Shown here in pieces: positions 30,022 through 41,547 of a DNA stretch of 64,000 nucleotides (its first letter is position 1; each line of letters opens with the position of its first letter). The position numbers were made by a program, and so were the translations under genes. Location of the stretch: positions 166,250-230,249 of the forward strand of contig CANSOA010000002.1 of assembly GCA_947648495.1 (NCBI GenBank). The letters are read 5' to 3'. The notes below the pieces were generated by a model. It saw nothing but the letters and a program-made list of their open reading frames with translations, did not search any database and was not told the origin of the DNA. The stretch is from an uncultured Clostridium sp. (GTDB lineage Bacteria; Bacillota; Clostridia; TANB77; CAG-508).

Positions 30022-31104
30022 TTATTCCAATATCACCTGTGCCTCAATTGGGCAAATATTAATCCAAGTATTTCCATCATTAACATTGATTTTATTTCCA
30101 TTTTCGTCAACATACTGTGTTTGTCCACCAACATATTGTTTTTTACAAGTAATGCGAATTGCCTTTCCATTTGTAATATAATAACCATCTGCATTTGTAA
30201 AATTATTCAAATCTTGTCTGCCTTTGCCTTCGCCATCATCTAATGTTGTATTTTTGATAAATGAGACAATAATATTTTTCGTTGTTACATCTTCTTTTGT
30301 TACTTCATCAATTTGCTTTTTGCCTTTGGAATAACGTATATATCTTCCTGTTTCGGCATTGTATACATATTTTACAGTATGATTTGTGCCATATGGTATT
30401 GTTATCGTATTTGCTACTTTTGCATTTGGTCCTTCTAATTTTACTTCTTCTGTCACATAATTTAGCACACTTTCTTTGTTTGAAGTTGTTTTGTATTTTT
30501 GCTTTTTGCAAATTTCCTGAATACTTTTTATGCTTGTATAAGCATTATGTGGCGCTTTTTTATTCTTTTCTCTCCAATATAAAGAACTTGACGTTCTAGC
30601 TTTTCCCGTGTCATAAATCTGACCATTAATATCTGCTACATTGAAATTTTTTATGTAAGATTCGGCTTGGGGGCTTTGCCCTAAATGCGCATAAATTGCA
30701 TCATTTTCTAAAGCATAATCAATAAAATAATGTCTAGCACTTCGGATTGGTCCAACTGTGACATCCTCATTTGTTACATCAACATTTTTGAACAATGCCA
30801 TTAGCCTTGTTTCTCCGCCTTCTACAATGATTTCATAGACAAGATACGCTTTATTTAAAGCAGATTGTGGCTGTGCATTAACATTATTATCAATCATAAA
30901 CGCAATCGGTCTACTGCTTCCGCTAAAAATTTTGATATTCTTCTTTTCTTCCGTAGTTGGCTCTTCTATTTGTCTTTCCTGTTCTTCAACTGCAATTTCG
31001 TCCGCTTTATGTGTTTTATTGTAAATTTTTATGCCTAAAAGCGCTACCAATCCAATAAGAATAATAACTGCAATTCCTATCCATAATTTCATTTTTTTAT
31101 CCAT
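30022..31104 (-). CDS. DUF3048 (YerB-like) membrane-anchored protein
   Basis: Signal anchor followed by the DUF3048-type domain. It sits where cdd lies in Bacillus. Confidence 0.55.
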   Translation of the reverse strand: MDKKMKLWIGIAVIILIGLVALLGIKIYNKTHKADEIAVEEQERQIEEPTTEEKKNIKIFSGSSRPIAFMIDNNVNAQPQSALNKAYLVYEIIVEGGETRLMALFKNVDVTNEDVTVGPIRSARHYFIDYALENDAIYAHLGQSPQAESYIKNFNVADINGQIYDTGKARTSSSLYWREKNKKAPHNAYTSIKSIQEICKKQKYKTTSNKESVLNYVTEEVKLEGPNAKVANTITIPYGTNHTVKYVYNAETGRYIRYSKGKKQIDEVTKEDVTTKNIIVSFIKNTTLDDGEGKGRQDLNNFTNADGYYITNGKAIRITCKKQYVGGQTQYVDENGNKINVNDGNTWINICPIEAQVILE

Positions 31105-31116
31105 ATCTAAAATCCC

Positions 31117-31497
31117 CTAAATTAATTTATTTACTATTTTCGGTAATAACAAAAAAATTCCTACCATAACTGATACAATTGATACAATCAACACAGCTCC
31201 GCTTGCAATATCTTTTGCCAGTTTAATTTTTTCATTGTATTCTTGGCTGTATAAATCGAGCATGACTTCAATCGCTGTATTCAAAAATTCTGCCAATAAC
31301 ACAACACCAATGGTTATGAAAACCACAGCAAATTCAAGATAATTTAATTCAAAAACAATACCTAAAATAATTGCTAATATGGTGCATACTAATTCAATTT
31401 TCAGGCTTCGTTCTGTTTGAAAAGCATATTTCATACCATCTAAACTGTGATAAAATGCTTCCCAAAAATTCTTATTTTTCCATCTTTTTTGTTTCAT
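31117..31497 (-). CDS. dgkA: diacylglycerol/undecaprenol kinase DgkA
   Basis: 126 aa with 3 TM helices and the E..N..IE motif. Confidence 0.8.
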   Translation of the reverse strand: MKQKRWKNKNFWEAFYHSLDGMKYAFQTERSLKIELVCTILAIILGIVFELNYLEFAVVFITIGVVLLAEFLNTAIEVMLDLYSQEYNEKIKLAKDIASGAVLIVSIVSVMVGIFLLLPKIVNKLI

Positions 31498-31518
31498 AGT
31501 TTGTCCTTTTATAATTTT

Positions 31519-31544
31519 GTAGAGGCGATTAGCTATCGCCCATA
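31519..31544. repeat. intercistronic hairpin GTAGAGGCGATT-agct-ATCGCCCATAT (copy 3 of 3, degenerate)
   Basis: Lies between the ybeY stop and the dgkA ribosome-binding site. Core GGCGAT/ATCGCC is conserved. Confidence 0.45.
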
Positions 31545-31681
31545 TCTATTTTATTGTATATTATTTTTTGCGGTTCATAATTGATTGACCGTTTTTATAT
31601 TATCTTTGACGTGTCATGGTTTATCGACGTTTACATATTTGCATTCTCATCTGTTTTAGCACGAGCGATTAATTACCGCTC

Positions 31682-32146
31682 CTACAGTCTGGTGATGTTT
31701 AATTTTTGCAAAATATTTTCTTCTTTTTGTCTCATCCTTTTTTTTTCGTCTTCATTCATGTGGTCTTCACCCATTAAATGATAAAATCCGTGAACTAACA
31801 TGTACGCTAATTCTCTTTCAAAACTGTGCCCATATTCTTCAGCTTGCTGTTTTACCCTGTCGATAGAAATCACTACATCGCCTAAAGCCTCTTGTTCGGT
31901 TATGGTTCGTATCTCCTCTTTTTCAAACATGGGAAAAGATAGCACGTCCGTTTCTTGATTCAAGTTTCGATATTCATTGTTTATCTGTTTTATAATTTCT
32001 GGCGTTGTTAAAATTATGCTTACATATAAATTTGTATTTTGTAAATTCTCTACTTCAAAACATTGATTCATAACTTGATTTATCAATTCATGATAATCCT
32101 CTTTTTCTTCTATTTCTCTATATTCTATGTCAACAATTTGTTTCAT
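31682..32146 (-). CDS. ybeY: endoribonuclease YbeY
   Basis: HGFYHLMGEDH zinc-binding motif. Confidence 0.85.
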   Translation of the reverse strand: MKQIVDIEYREIEEKEDYHELINQVMNQCFEVENLQNTNLYVSIILTTPEIIKQINNEYRNLNQETDVLSFPMFEKEEIRTITEQEALGDVVISIDRVKQQAEEYGHSFERELAYMLVHGFYHLMGEDHMNEDEKKRMRQKEENILQKLNITRL

Positions 32147-32192
32147 CTTTCCTCGTTTCTAAATTGGGTCGATAAAAAGTACCACCCTTACA

Positions 32193-33374
32193 TTATTTTT
32201 TGGTGTATTTTATATTTTCAATAGTTCGGCAAGTATTCTTGAACTGTTTCATAGCACCAAATTCAACTAATTTGTGTTTATAATACATGCGAATTTGTTT
32301 TGCTTTTGGTCCATTGTCTTTTATATCATGCAACTCTTTCTTCAAAACTGTAATTTCTCTTTCATCATCCGATTTTGCATTTTCATAATCTTTCCAAAAT
32401 TTCTTATAAACTTCTCTTTCTTCTTGATTTTCCCAATAAACTTTGGTTGATAATAATTTTTCATTATAGTTTTGAATGATTTTCAATAATGCCCTATAAA
32501 CTTCTTCTTTCTTATTTTCTTGCTTGGTTGAAAGAATAAGATTTCGTGCATCTCTCAATAATTTTTGATAGCATTGTTCTGCTGCAACTAATGGCAAACT
32601 GTGAGTAAATAACGTTCTGCTCATACCAAGCAAAATCATATTTTTTTCTAAAAAATCTTTTTCGTCTAATTTGCCAATGTCAAAAGTATCAAGCTCATCA
32701 TAATCATTTTTGATTTTCTCAAAATCTTTGAAATCATTTTCTAATTTTAATGGCAAAATTTCTTTGATATATTCATCCAATGTTAAAAAGATATTTTTAT
32801 ATAATTCAATCTGATTAAAATTTTTCTCTTTTATCCCATCAGCTAATTTTACAGAATAATTTTTCAAAATTGATTTATAAAGTTCATCGCTTTTTTCAAT
32901 ATACAAATTCCTAAATTTCTTGATGATTTTTTCTTTTCCAGCGCTCAAAACACTTTCATAATCCAAATCTAGCAAAAATTTCTGCTTTTTGGCTTTATAT
33001 TCTGTATAATCTTTTTCTTTCAAATGAACTACATTATAATAATTTGACAATGCATTTTGTTCAAAAGTAGTGCTATTCCCATTTTTTACTTTTTTATAAA
33101 CCGAATCCATAATGTACTTATCAATAGATTCCAAATATAACGTATAACTTTCTTCATAACGATTTCTCACACTTTCTTCTTTGGCACTATTGTCTTTATG
33201 GATTGCCTTATAATTTTCAAATGCTTTTATAACAGCGTTTCTTTTTAGGTTGATTATCATCCCGTTGAAGCCTACTTTTGTAGGGATTAGTAATTTGGTT
33301 AACGTATTTGATATTTTGTTAAAAAAGGTCGTGTCATTCGCAAGTATTTTTAAACTTCTTTCTTCCATACTCAA
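32193..33374 (-). CDS. hypothetical protein (393 aa) in the position usually occupied by phoH/yqfF
   Basis: Long Lys/Glu-rich ORF with no HD or PhoH motifs seen. Confidence 0.4.
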   Translation of the reverse strand: MSMEERSLKILANDTTFFNKISNTLTKLLIPTKVGFNGMIINLKRNAVIKAFENYKAIHKDNSAKEESVRNRYEESYTLYLESIDKYIMDSVYKKVKNGNSTTFEQNALSNYYNVVHLKEKDYTEYKAKKQKFLLDLDYESVLSAGKEKIIKKFRNLYIEKSDELYKSILKNYSVKLADGIKEKNFNQIELYKNIFLTLDEYIKEILPLKLENDFKDFEKIKNDYDELDTFDIGKLDEKDFLEKNMILLGMSRTLFTHSLPLVAAEQCYQKLLRDARNLILSTKQENKKEEVYRALLKIIQNYNEKLLSTKVYWENQEEREVYKKFWKDYENAKSDDEREITVLKKELHDIKDNGPKAKQIRMYYKHKLVEFGAMKQFKNTCRTIENIKYTKK

Positions 33375-33387
33375 ATCAATTCCTTTC

Positions 33388-34563
33388 TCATTCTTTGGTT
33401 CCTATTTTCTCCTCGATTTCATACATTACTTTTACACTCACGCCTGTTTCATCTGTTACGGAAGCAACGTTTTGCTGAATTTCACTCGTATCTAAAATAC
33501 TTAATTCTTGGTTTAATTCTTCCTGTAACGCTTTTGTTAATTTCTCTTTTAGCTCTTCTTCCGTATAGGTTTTAAAGCTTTTGTTGGTCTCAAAATTCGT
33601 GATATTGACGATTTCTATTGGGATATAATAATTTGAAAATAGTTTTACTTTTTTATATGTTCTTATTGTATCACAATTTTGAAATTTTGGAACCCCTTTC
33701 TTGAAATTTATTTTAAAATTATGAAGATAAATTTCTACATTTTTTTCAACCTCGCCTGTTCGCTGGCTAATCTCTTGTATAAAAGCCTCTTTTCTTTCTT
33801 TTTCATGATGACTTACTACATAAATATCTGCATCACTATTAACAGGTCTAATTCCCGTATATTTTCCTTCCATAACGCCTTCTACTAAAATATCTCCGCA
33901 AGAAACAACGTCTCCAACATTGACACGGGCAGTTCCGTTTCTTACAACCATTTTAGAAATGGTTCCATTTTTATCTGCAACAATATTACACGGTGCATTT
34001 TCGTCAATAATTTCTGGCTCCTGAATAGCTTCGACAATTGTTACAATTACATTTGTGCCTTTCATGTCAATGCCAATCCAAGCTAAATCGTCTCGATTCA
34101 GACGTATTTCATTTTTAATTTCCTCTAAGTCAAGATTGACCTTTAGTTTTCCTTCTTTAATTCCATATTTAGCCAAATCAGATAAAATTTCCTCTCTCGA
34201 AATATTTTGCGCTCCAGATATTTCAATGTTCCAAATAAAACGTGTAATGACAAAAGAAAAAATTGCAATTACAAGAAGCGCAATTGCAAAAATTTTTCTT
34301 TTTTTATATTTTTTTATAACAAAAGGAAGTCCACTTTTTCCTTCCAAACTTACTCTACAAGATGTTCTTTTGGCAATATGACGAAGATTTTTGAAATCAC
34401 TTTTATTAATTTTCGCCTTTAAAATTGTTCCTTTTTCCATTTTGGAACTCCACAAAATAATATTTTCTGTTTTACAAATATTAATAAATCTTTCGATAAA
34501 AAAGCCTTCTACAACAATATCTACTGTGCCCAAAATATACCTATATAACCACTCAAAAATCAC
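33388..34563 (-). CDS. yqfD: stage IV sporulation protein YqfD
   Basis: N-terminal domain, central TM segment and a C-terminal domain typical of YqfD. Lies downstream of yqfC with a 4-nt overlap. Confidence 0.7.
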   Translation of the reverse strand: MIFEWLYRYILGTVDIVVEGFFIERFINICKTENIILWSSKMEKGTILKAKINKSDFKNLRHIAKRTSCRVSLEGKSGLPFVIKKYKKRKIFAIALLVIAIFSFVITRFIWNIEISGAQNISREEILSDLAKYGIKEGKLKVNLDLEEIKNEIRLNRDDLAWIGIDMKGTNVIVTIVEAIQEPEIIDENAPCNIVADKNGTISKMVVRNGTARVNVGDVVSCGDILVEGVMEGKYTGIRPVNSDADIYVVSHHEKERKEAFIQEISQRTGEVEKNVEIYLHNFKINFKKGVPKFQNCDTIRTYKKVKLFSNYYIPIEIVNITNFETNKSFKTYTEEELKEKLTKALQEELNQELSILDTSEIQQNVASVTDETGVSVKVMYEIEEKIGTKE

Positions 34564-34841
34564 GATGCATCTCCCCTTTTACTTTCAAAATCCAAATTTT
34601 CAATTTTACCGCTGACTAAAATATCATCTTCCGTCATTTGACTCAGCTTTAGATTAAATCCATTAATATTGATATTTCCAATATGGGTACTAATTCTCAC
34701 AAAAAAATCTTCGTATTCCAAGATTCCTTTAAAATTTTCAATTAAAACTTCGTCAAAACTCGTCACCGTTATTTTCGGAACTTTGCTGACAACTTCTCTT
34801 GGAATTTCTAATAGTTCATTAATTTTATTTAGTTTTCTCAT
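34560..34841 (-). CDS. yqfC: sporulation protein YqfC (YabP/YqfC family)
   Basis: 93-aa YabP-like beta-rich protein. Confidence 0.65.
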   Translation of the reverse strand: MRKLNKINELLEIPREVVSKVPKITVTSFDEVLIENFKGILEYEDFFVRISTHIGNININGFNLKLSQMTEDDILVSGKIENLDFESKRGDAS

Positions 34842-35066
34842 TAAAACACCTGCCTTGCTTAAATTTTTGCTTATTTATTTATATTCAAATACACAAGTTT
34901 TATTACAATTTTAAATATGACATTCAAATGTCATATTTAAAATTTAGGTTTTGTCAGATTTATTATTTTTATTTTTGAGCTTTTTGGGGGAGGATTTTTT
35001 GAGGGTTTTTGGGGGAGGATTTTTTTGAGTTTATTTTTGAGTTTTTTTGAGATTTTTGATTTTTTT

Positions 35067-35155
35067 GGGGACGGGGACACTCTTATGTTTATAGAAAAAT
35101 CGAGAAAAACTGAGCAAAAATGAGAAAATGAGATTTTAAGAGTGTCCCCGTCCCC
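35067..35155. repeat. 89-nt palindromic MITE-like element, copy 3 (perfect 19-bp stem GGGGACGGGGACACTCTTA)
   Basis: Same stem and GAGAAAA-type loop as copies 1 and 2. Preceded at 34981-35066 by a TTTTTGGGGGAGG/TTTTTGAG repeat array. Confidence 0.8.
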
Positions 35156-35298
35156 AAATTAATTACCAAATTAAATTACCCAATTACCCAAATTACAAAA
35201 TTACAAATTATCCCCAAATTATTTTTTAAAAAATATTTCCTAAAAAATTCTGAACAAAAAATAAAATATGACATTTTGATGTCATATTTTATTTTATC

Positions 35299-37890
35299 TT
35301 ACCTTATCTCCAATTTTTCTTCATCTCGATTCAAAACAATCTGCACAACCGAGCCATCTACAATTTTCTGTGCCACAATTGCCTTTGCAACCATAGTTTC
35401 AATCTCTGTTTGAATGGTTCTTTTTAGTGGTCTTGCTCCAAAATTAATATCATAGCCTTTTTCAATCAGAAAATCAATCGCTTCTTTTGAAATTTTAAGT
35501 TCGATTCCTTTTGTCAGTAACCTCTTTCTCAAATCACCAAGCAACAATTTTACAATGCCATACACTTCCGTTTTTGACAACGCATTAAAGTAAATTATTT
35601 CATCTAAACGGTTCAAAAATTCTGGTCTAAAATGATTTTTTAAAGCCAAATCTACCATCTTTTTTGCTTCCTCCGTTATGGTTTGATTATTTGAAATGCT
35701 ATCTAATATCGCTTGTGAACCTAAATTTGAAGTTAATATAATAATTGTATTTTTAAAATCTACTAATCTTCCTTGTGAATCAGTTACTCGACCATCGTCT
35801 AAAATTTGCAAGAAAATGTTGAATACATCAGGATGCGCTTTTTCAATTTCGTCAAATAATAATACAGAATAAGGCTTTCTTCTAACCGCTTCGGTAAGTT
35901 GTCCACCTTCGTCATAGCCAACATAGCCCGGAGGCGCACCAATTAGTCTCGTAACGCTGAATTTTTCCATGTATTCGGACATATCGAATCGTATCATATT
36001 TTTTTCGTCGTCAAATAATGTTCTGGCAAGAGTTTTTGCAAGTTCCGTTTTTCCAACACCTGTTGGCCCTAAAAATAAAAAGGAACCAATCGGACGATTT
36101 GGATTAGCAATTCCTGCACGAGAACGTACAATTGCATCACTTACCTTTTTGACAGCTTCTTCTTGTCCAATGACACTTTCATGCAAAATATGCTCCAAAT
36201 TCAAGATCTTTTCTCTTTCGCCTTCAACTAATTTTGTGACTGGAATGCCTGTCCATTTTGCTACAATTTTGGAAATTTCGTCTTCGGTTACTTTGTTTCT
36301 CACCAAAGTTGATTTGCCTTGTGATTTCTCAAATTCTCTTTCCTCTTGTTCTAAAACTTTTTGCAAATTTGGTAAAGTAGAATATTTCAATTCTGCGGCC
36401 TTGTTTAAATCATAAATACGTTCTGCCTGCTCAATTTGAGCATTTGTTTCATCGATTTTACTTTTTAATTTTGTAATTTTTTCGGCGCCTTTTTTCTCGG
36501 CATCCCATTTAGCTTTCATGTTTGTAAATTTTTCTCTTAGTTTGGTTAATCGATTTCGTACTTTTTCCAAATCTTCGCTGGATTCTTCGCTTTCCTCTCT
36601 TTGCAAAGCGGCCTCTTCAATTTCACTTTGCATGATTTTTCGCGATATCTCATCTAATTCTATTGGCATAGATTCCATTTCGGAACGAATCATGGCACAT
36701 GCTTCATCGACCAAATCGATTGCTTTATCTGGCAAAAATCGATCTGTTATATAGCGGTTTGATAACGTTACTGCAGCTATTAAGGCTTGGTCTTGAATTT
36801 TTACACCATGAAATATTTCAAATTTTTCTTGAATACCACGCAAAATTGTAATGGCATCTTCCACAGTTGGTTCGTCCACAATTACTGGTTGGAAACGTCT
36901 TGCAAGAGCTGCATCTTTTTCAATATATTCTCGATATTCGTCCAATGTTGTAGCTCCCATGCAATGCAATTCTCCACGTGCTAGCATTGGTTTTAATAAA
37001 TTACTGGCATCCATTGCGCCATCTGATGCGCCTGCACCAACAATATTATGAATTTCGTCAATAAACAAAATGATGTTTCCGTTGCTTTTGTCAACTTCGT
37101 TTAAGACGGCTTTTAAACGTTCTTCAAATTCGCCTCGATATTTGGCTCCAGCAATCAAAGTTCCTAAATCTAATGAAAAAATAGTTTTACTTTTTAAACT
37201 GGTTGGCACATCACCTCGAATAATTCTTTGGGCTAATCCTTCTACGATCGCGGTTTTTCCAACACCCGGTTCACCAATTAAAACTGGATTATTTTTGGTT
37301 TTACGTGTCAAAATACGAATTACATTTCGAATTTCGTCATCACGACCAATAACTGGTTCTAGTTTGTTTTGTCTGGCAAATGCAGTTAAATCTCGCCCAA
37401 ATTTGGATAAGGCATCATAGGTTTGTTCTGGTGTGTCTGATGTAACAGAAGTGTTGCCTCTGACATCTTTTAAGGCATTTAAAAATTTGGATTTGGTGAT
37501 GCCATATACTTTGAGTAATTGTTTGAAATCTTGACTTGTTTCTTCTATTAGTCCAAGCATTATATGTTCTACGGAAATAAATTCGTCTTTCATAGATTTT
37601 GCTTGTCTTTCAGCATTTTCTAGTGCTTTTTCTACATTTTCGGAAAATCGTAAGGCAACATTTCCTGTGATTTGTGGCAATTGGTCAATTTCTGTTTGAA
37701 CAGCGTTCTTAAAAGAATTCATGTCCACATCCATTTTTTTGAACAATAATGTGACTAATCCATCGTTTGCTGAAATTAGGCTTGATAACATATGATATTC
37801 TGTGATTTCAGCGTTTTTATTTCTAGCGGCAATATTGCTGGCAGTGGTTATGGCTTGTTTGGATTTTTCTGTAAAATTTGCAACATTCAT
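35299..37890 (-). CDS. clpB: ATP-dependent chaperone ClpB
   Basis: Two AAA+ modules ([15 protein letters not shown]; [15 protein letters not shown]) and a long middle coiled-coil; 863 aa. Confidence 0.9.
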   Translation of the reverse strand: MNVANFTEKSKQAITTASNIAARNKNAEITEYHMLSSLISANDGLVTLLFKKMDVDMNSFKNAVQTEIDQLPQITGNVALRFSENVEKALENAERQAKSMKDEFISVEHIMLGLIEETSQDFKQLLKVYGITKSKFLNALKDVRGNTSVTSDTPEQTYDALSKFGRDLTAFARQNKLEPVIGRDDEIRNVIRILTRKTKNNPVLIGEPGVGKTAIVEGLAQRIIRGDVPTSLKSKTIFSLDLGTLIAGAKYRGEFEERLKAVLNEVDKSNGNIILFIDEIHNIVGAGASDGAMDASNLLKPMLARGELHCMGATTLDEYREYIEKDAALARRFQPVIVDEPTVEDAITILRGIQEKFEIFHGVKIQDQALIAAVTLSNRYITDRFLPDKAIDLVDEACAMIRSEMESMPIELDEISRKIMQSEIEEAALQREESEESSEDLEKVRNRLTKLREKFTNMKAKWDAEKKGAEKITKLKSKIDETNAQIEQAERIYDLNKAAELKYSTLPNLQKVLEQEEREFEKSQGKSTLVRNKVTEDEISKIVAKWTGIPVTKLVEGEREKILNLEHILHESVIGQEEAVKKVSDAIVRSRAGIANPNRPIGSFLFLGPTGVGKTELAKTLARTLFDDEKNMIRFDMSEYMEKFSVTRLIGAPPGYVGYDEGGQLTEAVRRKPYSVLLFDEIEKAHPDVFNIFLQILDDGRVTDSQGRLVDFKNTIIILTSNLGSQAILDSISNNQTITEEAKKMVDLALKNHFRPEFLNRLDEIIYFNALSKTEVYGIVKLLLGDLRKRLLTKGIELKISKEAIDFLIEKGYDINFGARPLKRTIQTEIETMVAKAIVAQKIVDGSVVQIVLNRDEEKLEIR

Positions 37891-37958
37891 CTTTTAGACC
37901 TCCTTTATATTGTTTTTCTTTTATATTGTATCACAGGAAACATAAATTTACTATAAAT

Positions 37959-39485
37959 TTATGAAAAATTTCTTGCTTCATTTTCATATAAAACAAAATT
38001 TTTATCTTCATATAACTTTGTATAGTCTGTATCATTAGAGATATAAGTATTTATAATTTCTTGTTTATATAATAATACATGGGTTATATGGTATTTGGAG
38101 AATATCTCCTTGTAATGAACTGAACCACTGGAAACATCCATCCAATCTTCTAAAATACTTGTATTATTAAATTCTTTGCAATACATGCCTGAGCGCGAAT
38201 CGATAAAAACTGGAATGTTTTTGAATTCTAGATAACTTCCAAAATTAAAATGATTAAAAATGCGTGTGTTTGGAATATCTAAATTTTCTAAAATATATTC
38301 TGCTGCCTCTACTGGATAAAGGTTTTCGTTAATGAAATCTTGCTTGATTTTATCTTTATAATTTACGACACATACCACAATAATTACTAGGCTTAAAATC
38401 GTAAGATATGCGTTTTTATGACTTAGCTTTTGCGTTATCTTATCCATTTCTATATTGATATTTTCGATGTTTGTTACTATTCTGGCAAATACTATTGCAC
38501 CTATCAAATAGAAAAAAATTATATTTCTTTCTGCCATTAATCCCATTAAAAATAATCCTGTAGCCATGCATAAATCTGATACTTTTATTTTTGTTTGATG
38601 TAAACACATTACCACTCCATACATGGCTAAACTTATTAACATCCCATAATTTTCAATTATTTTTACTCTTTCTAGTTCTGAAATAAAGGTCATTGATATT
38701 CCACTGATGACTTTAATCATATCTGTGTATGGAGCTATTCCGCTTGGTGTGCATAATCCTGAAAATCCTGCTAAAATCATTGTTATGATTAATAATTTAA
38801 GAGGAAATTCTTCTGCTATTAATTTTGATTTTGGCATTTCTAATTTTAACTTTTTAAATATAAATTCGGCAATATAAGGTAAAAAAAGTATAAAATACAT
38901 CGGCCAAACAGAAGCATGAAAATTTGCTATGATAATACAGACTATTACAAGGCTTAGGCAATACGTTTTGCGTTGTGTTTGTATTAATTTTTCTATTAAA
39001 TATATTTCTATTAGAAACATGAGATAAGATACAATTTGTGCTCTTGCTACAAAGCTATCTCTTCCAAAATAAAGAGCTGTTATTGTAGTAAAAAATGAAA
39101 TGAGAATATTGTTTTTACTTTTGATTAATATATAAAAAAGTACTAAACCAATTAGAGCTGTCATGATTAAGGTGAAACAATAAATACCATTGAATCCAGC
39201 TAAATTATAAAGGATTGCCATAAGGCTACTAAATTCTCCAGAATGTTCAAATTTTAAATTATCATGCCAGGTGAGTTGGTCTTGCGTTGTCGCTCCATTT
39301 TGCAAAACATAGTTTCCTATGGGAATTGAAAAAAAGGTATCGTTTTGAAGTGTTTTATTCACAATTGATAAAGAAAATAAAATGATTAATAAATTTAATA
39401 TGATATATATTTTGTTATGTATTAATTTTTCTTTTAAATTATATGTGTGTACAATATCAACGCTTTGGTAGATTTTTTGTTTCAT
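37959..39485 (-). CDS. polytopic membrane protein (possible GT-C-type glycosyltransferase)
   Basis: About 12 TM helices followed by a C-terminal soluble domain. Confidence 0.4.
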   Translation of the reverse strand: MKQKIYQSVDIVHTYNLKEKLIHNKIYIILNLLIILFSLSIVNKTLQNDTFFSIPIGNYVLQNGATTQDQLTWHDNLKFEHSGEFSSLMAILYNLAGFNGIYCFTLIMTALIGLVLFYILIKSKNNILISFFTTITALYFGRDSFVARAQIVSYLMFLIEIYLIEKLIQTQRKTYCLSLVIVCIIIANFHASVWPMYFILFLPYIAEFIFKKLKLEMPKSKLIAEEFPLKLLIITMILAGFSGLCTPSGIAPYTDMIKVISGISMTFISELERVKIIENYGMLISLAMYGVVMCLHQTKIKVSDLCMATGLFLMGLMAERNIIFFYLIGAIVFARIVTNIENINIEMDKITQKLSHKNAYLTILSLVIIVVCVVNYKDKIKQDFINENLYPVEAAEYILENLDIPNTRIFNHFNFGSYLEFKNIPVFIDSRSGMYCKEFNNTSILEDWMDVSSGSVHYKEIFSKYHITHVLLYKQEIINTYISNDTDYTKLYEDKNFVLYENEARNFS

Positions 39486-39590
39486 TTTTCTATTCCTTTC
39501 TATTTTTTATAATTATACCATAGTTTGATAAAAATTGACAAATTTTAATAAAAATTTTAAAGGCAAAAGCATTTTGACCTCTGCTTTTGC

Positions 39591-40778
39591 CTATTTTCTC
39601 ATTTCTTTTATCATCATATCTCCAAAAATCGCATAACCGATTTCTGGATTTGATACAAGTACGTTGGTAACAGCTCCTACAAATTTTCCATTTTGCAAGA
39701 TGGGACTTCCTGATAATCCTCGTATGATGCCTCCTGTTTTTTTGATTAGTTCTTTGTCTGTTATACGAATGAGCATACTTTTATTGTCATAGTTGTTATT
39801 TTCATAAATTTTTTCTATTTGGATAGCATATTCTTGATTGTTTTTTCCGTCTAAACTACAAAGCAATTTGGCGTCTCCGATTTGGATTTGGTCTCGCAAG
39901 GCAACTGGCATTGCATTACTTGTATCAATATTTAAACTTGCTAAATTATCAAGGCTTCCATAAATTCCAAATTGTGTATTTTTTTGTACATGACCAATTG
40001 TTTTTTGATTTAAAATACTTCCTCTAATCTCGCCTGGACTATTGACATCTGCTTTTGTAATTGCTAAAACATCTGATGTGACAACTTCTCCAGAGTCAAT
40101 TTCAATTAATTTGTCGGTATCAGTATCAACAATTCCATGTCCTAAGGCAGCAAAACTTCCCGTATTTTTTTCGTAGTAGGTAATTGTGCCAACACCTGTG
40201 GCAGCATCTTTTACCCATAAACCTAATTTATATTCGTCACTTTCTGTTTGAGCTGGCGTGATATTGGAGGTGACAATGGTGCCATCTCGCACTAATGTTA
40301 ATAAAACATTTTCCCCATTGCTACTGTTAACAATTGTTTTTAAGTTGTCAATATTTTCAATTTCAGTTTCATTGACTTTGACAATGGTATCTCCTTCTTG
40401 AATATCGCAATCTGCAAAAGGACTGACAAGTTCATTATCCATATTTTCAACTTCAGACATTCCCACAATTAAAACACCATTTGTGTATAATTTCATACCA
40501 ATAATTTTTCCGATTGGCACTACTTCTACGTTTTCAATTGTATCAATTGTTAAGCTTTTGACTTTTTGTCCAAATAACGTTACATCAACATTTAACGTAT
40601 TTCCATTATCGTTTGAAGTACTAACTGTTTCGATTGTATCCACTCCTATAAATTTCTTGATTTTGTAATTTTCATTTTCTAACAAAATAATTTGCTTTGG
40701 AATGAGCGTAATATTTGCAACGTATATATAGAGAATTATTAAAATAAAAAAAATGATAATTGCTTTTAAATTTTTCAT
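39591..40778 (-). CDS. spoIVB: SpoIVB peptidase (S55)
   Basis: PDZ domain plus the catalytic region (GHGIVDTDT...GLSGSPILQNGKFVGAVT). Confidence 0.8.
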   Translation of the reverse strand: MKNLKAIIIFFILIILYIYVANITLIPKQIILLENENYKIKKFIGVDTIETVSTSNDNGNTLNVDVTLFGQKVKSLTIDTIENVEVVPIGKIIGMKLYTNGVLIVGMSEVENMDNELVSPFADCDIQEGDTIVKVNETEIENIDNLKTIVNSSNGENVLLTLVRDGTIVTSNITPAQTESDEYKLGLWVKDAATGVGTITYYEKNTGSFAALGHGIVDTDTDKLIEIDSGEVVTSDVLAITKADVNSPGEIRGSILNQKTIGHVQKNTQFGIYGSLDNLASLNIDTSNAMPVALRDQIQIGDAKLLCSLDGKNNQEYAIQIEKIYENNNYDNKSMLIRITDKELIKKTGGIIRGLSGSPILQNGKFVGAVTNVLVSNPEIGYAIFGDMMIKEMRK

Positions 40779-40869
40779 ACATTTAGGATAACCAATTTCA
40801 AAAAAAATATTGACAAATTTTAAGAAAAATTAACAAAAAACTCCCTGTAAATTACAAGGAGTTTTTATC

Positions 40870-41547
40870 TTAATCTCTACAATTTCCCCAATTCATAGCT
40901 GGCGTACTTTTCATAATATTATTTTTGATAATAATATCATTTGTTTTATCCATTGCTTTGTCTACACCATTCATATAAAATCTTTTTTGTGCTAATTTTT
41001 CTTGTACGCCATTTAAAGCTTCACCAAATCTTTGGAAGTGAACAACTTCTCTTTCGCGTAAATATCTTAGAACATTGACAACATCTGGATCATCTTTGCA
41101 TAAGTCGATTAATTTTTCATACGTAGCGCGTGCCTTTTGCTCTGCTGCTAAATCTTCTGTTAAATCTGCTACTGGGTCACCTTTAACAGCAAGTACAGCT
41201 GCTGAAAATGGAAATCCTGCTGCTGCTTGTGGATAGACACCTAAACCGTGATCGGTATAATAAGCTGATAATCCACCTTTTTCAATTTCTTCAATGGATG
41301 CTCCTTCAGTTAGTTGGTGAACTAGGGTTCCGACCATTTCTAGGTGGGCTAGTTCTTCTGTACCAATATCATTCAAAATCGCCTTTGAATTTTTATCTGG
41401 CATACCAAATCTCTGTGACAAATATCTAAGAGAAGCTGCCAACTCGCCATCTGGTCCTCCATACTGACTAATAATTACCTTTGCCATCTCTGGATTTCTA
41501 TTTTTTATATTAATTGGATATTGTAAATTTCTACTATAATTCCACAT
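40870..41547 (-). CDS. cotJC: spore coat protein CotJC (manganese catalase family)
   Basis: Di-metal ferritin-like motifs (EELAHLEMV). Confidence 0.85.
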   Translation of the reverse strand: MWNYSRNLQYPINIKNRNPEMAKVIISQYGGPDGELAASLRYLSQRFGMPDKNSKAILNDIGTEELAHLEMVGTLVHQLTEGASIEEIEKGGLSAYYTDHGLGVYPQAAAGFPFSAAVLAVKGDPVADLTEDLAAEQKARATYEKLIDLCKDDPDVVNVLRYLREREVVHFQRFGEALNGVQEKLAQKRFYMNGVDKAMDKTNDIIIKNNIMKSTPAMNWGNCRD

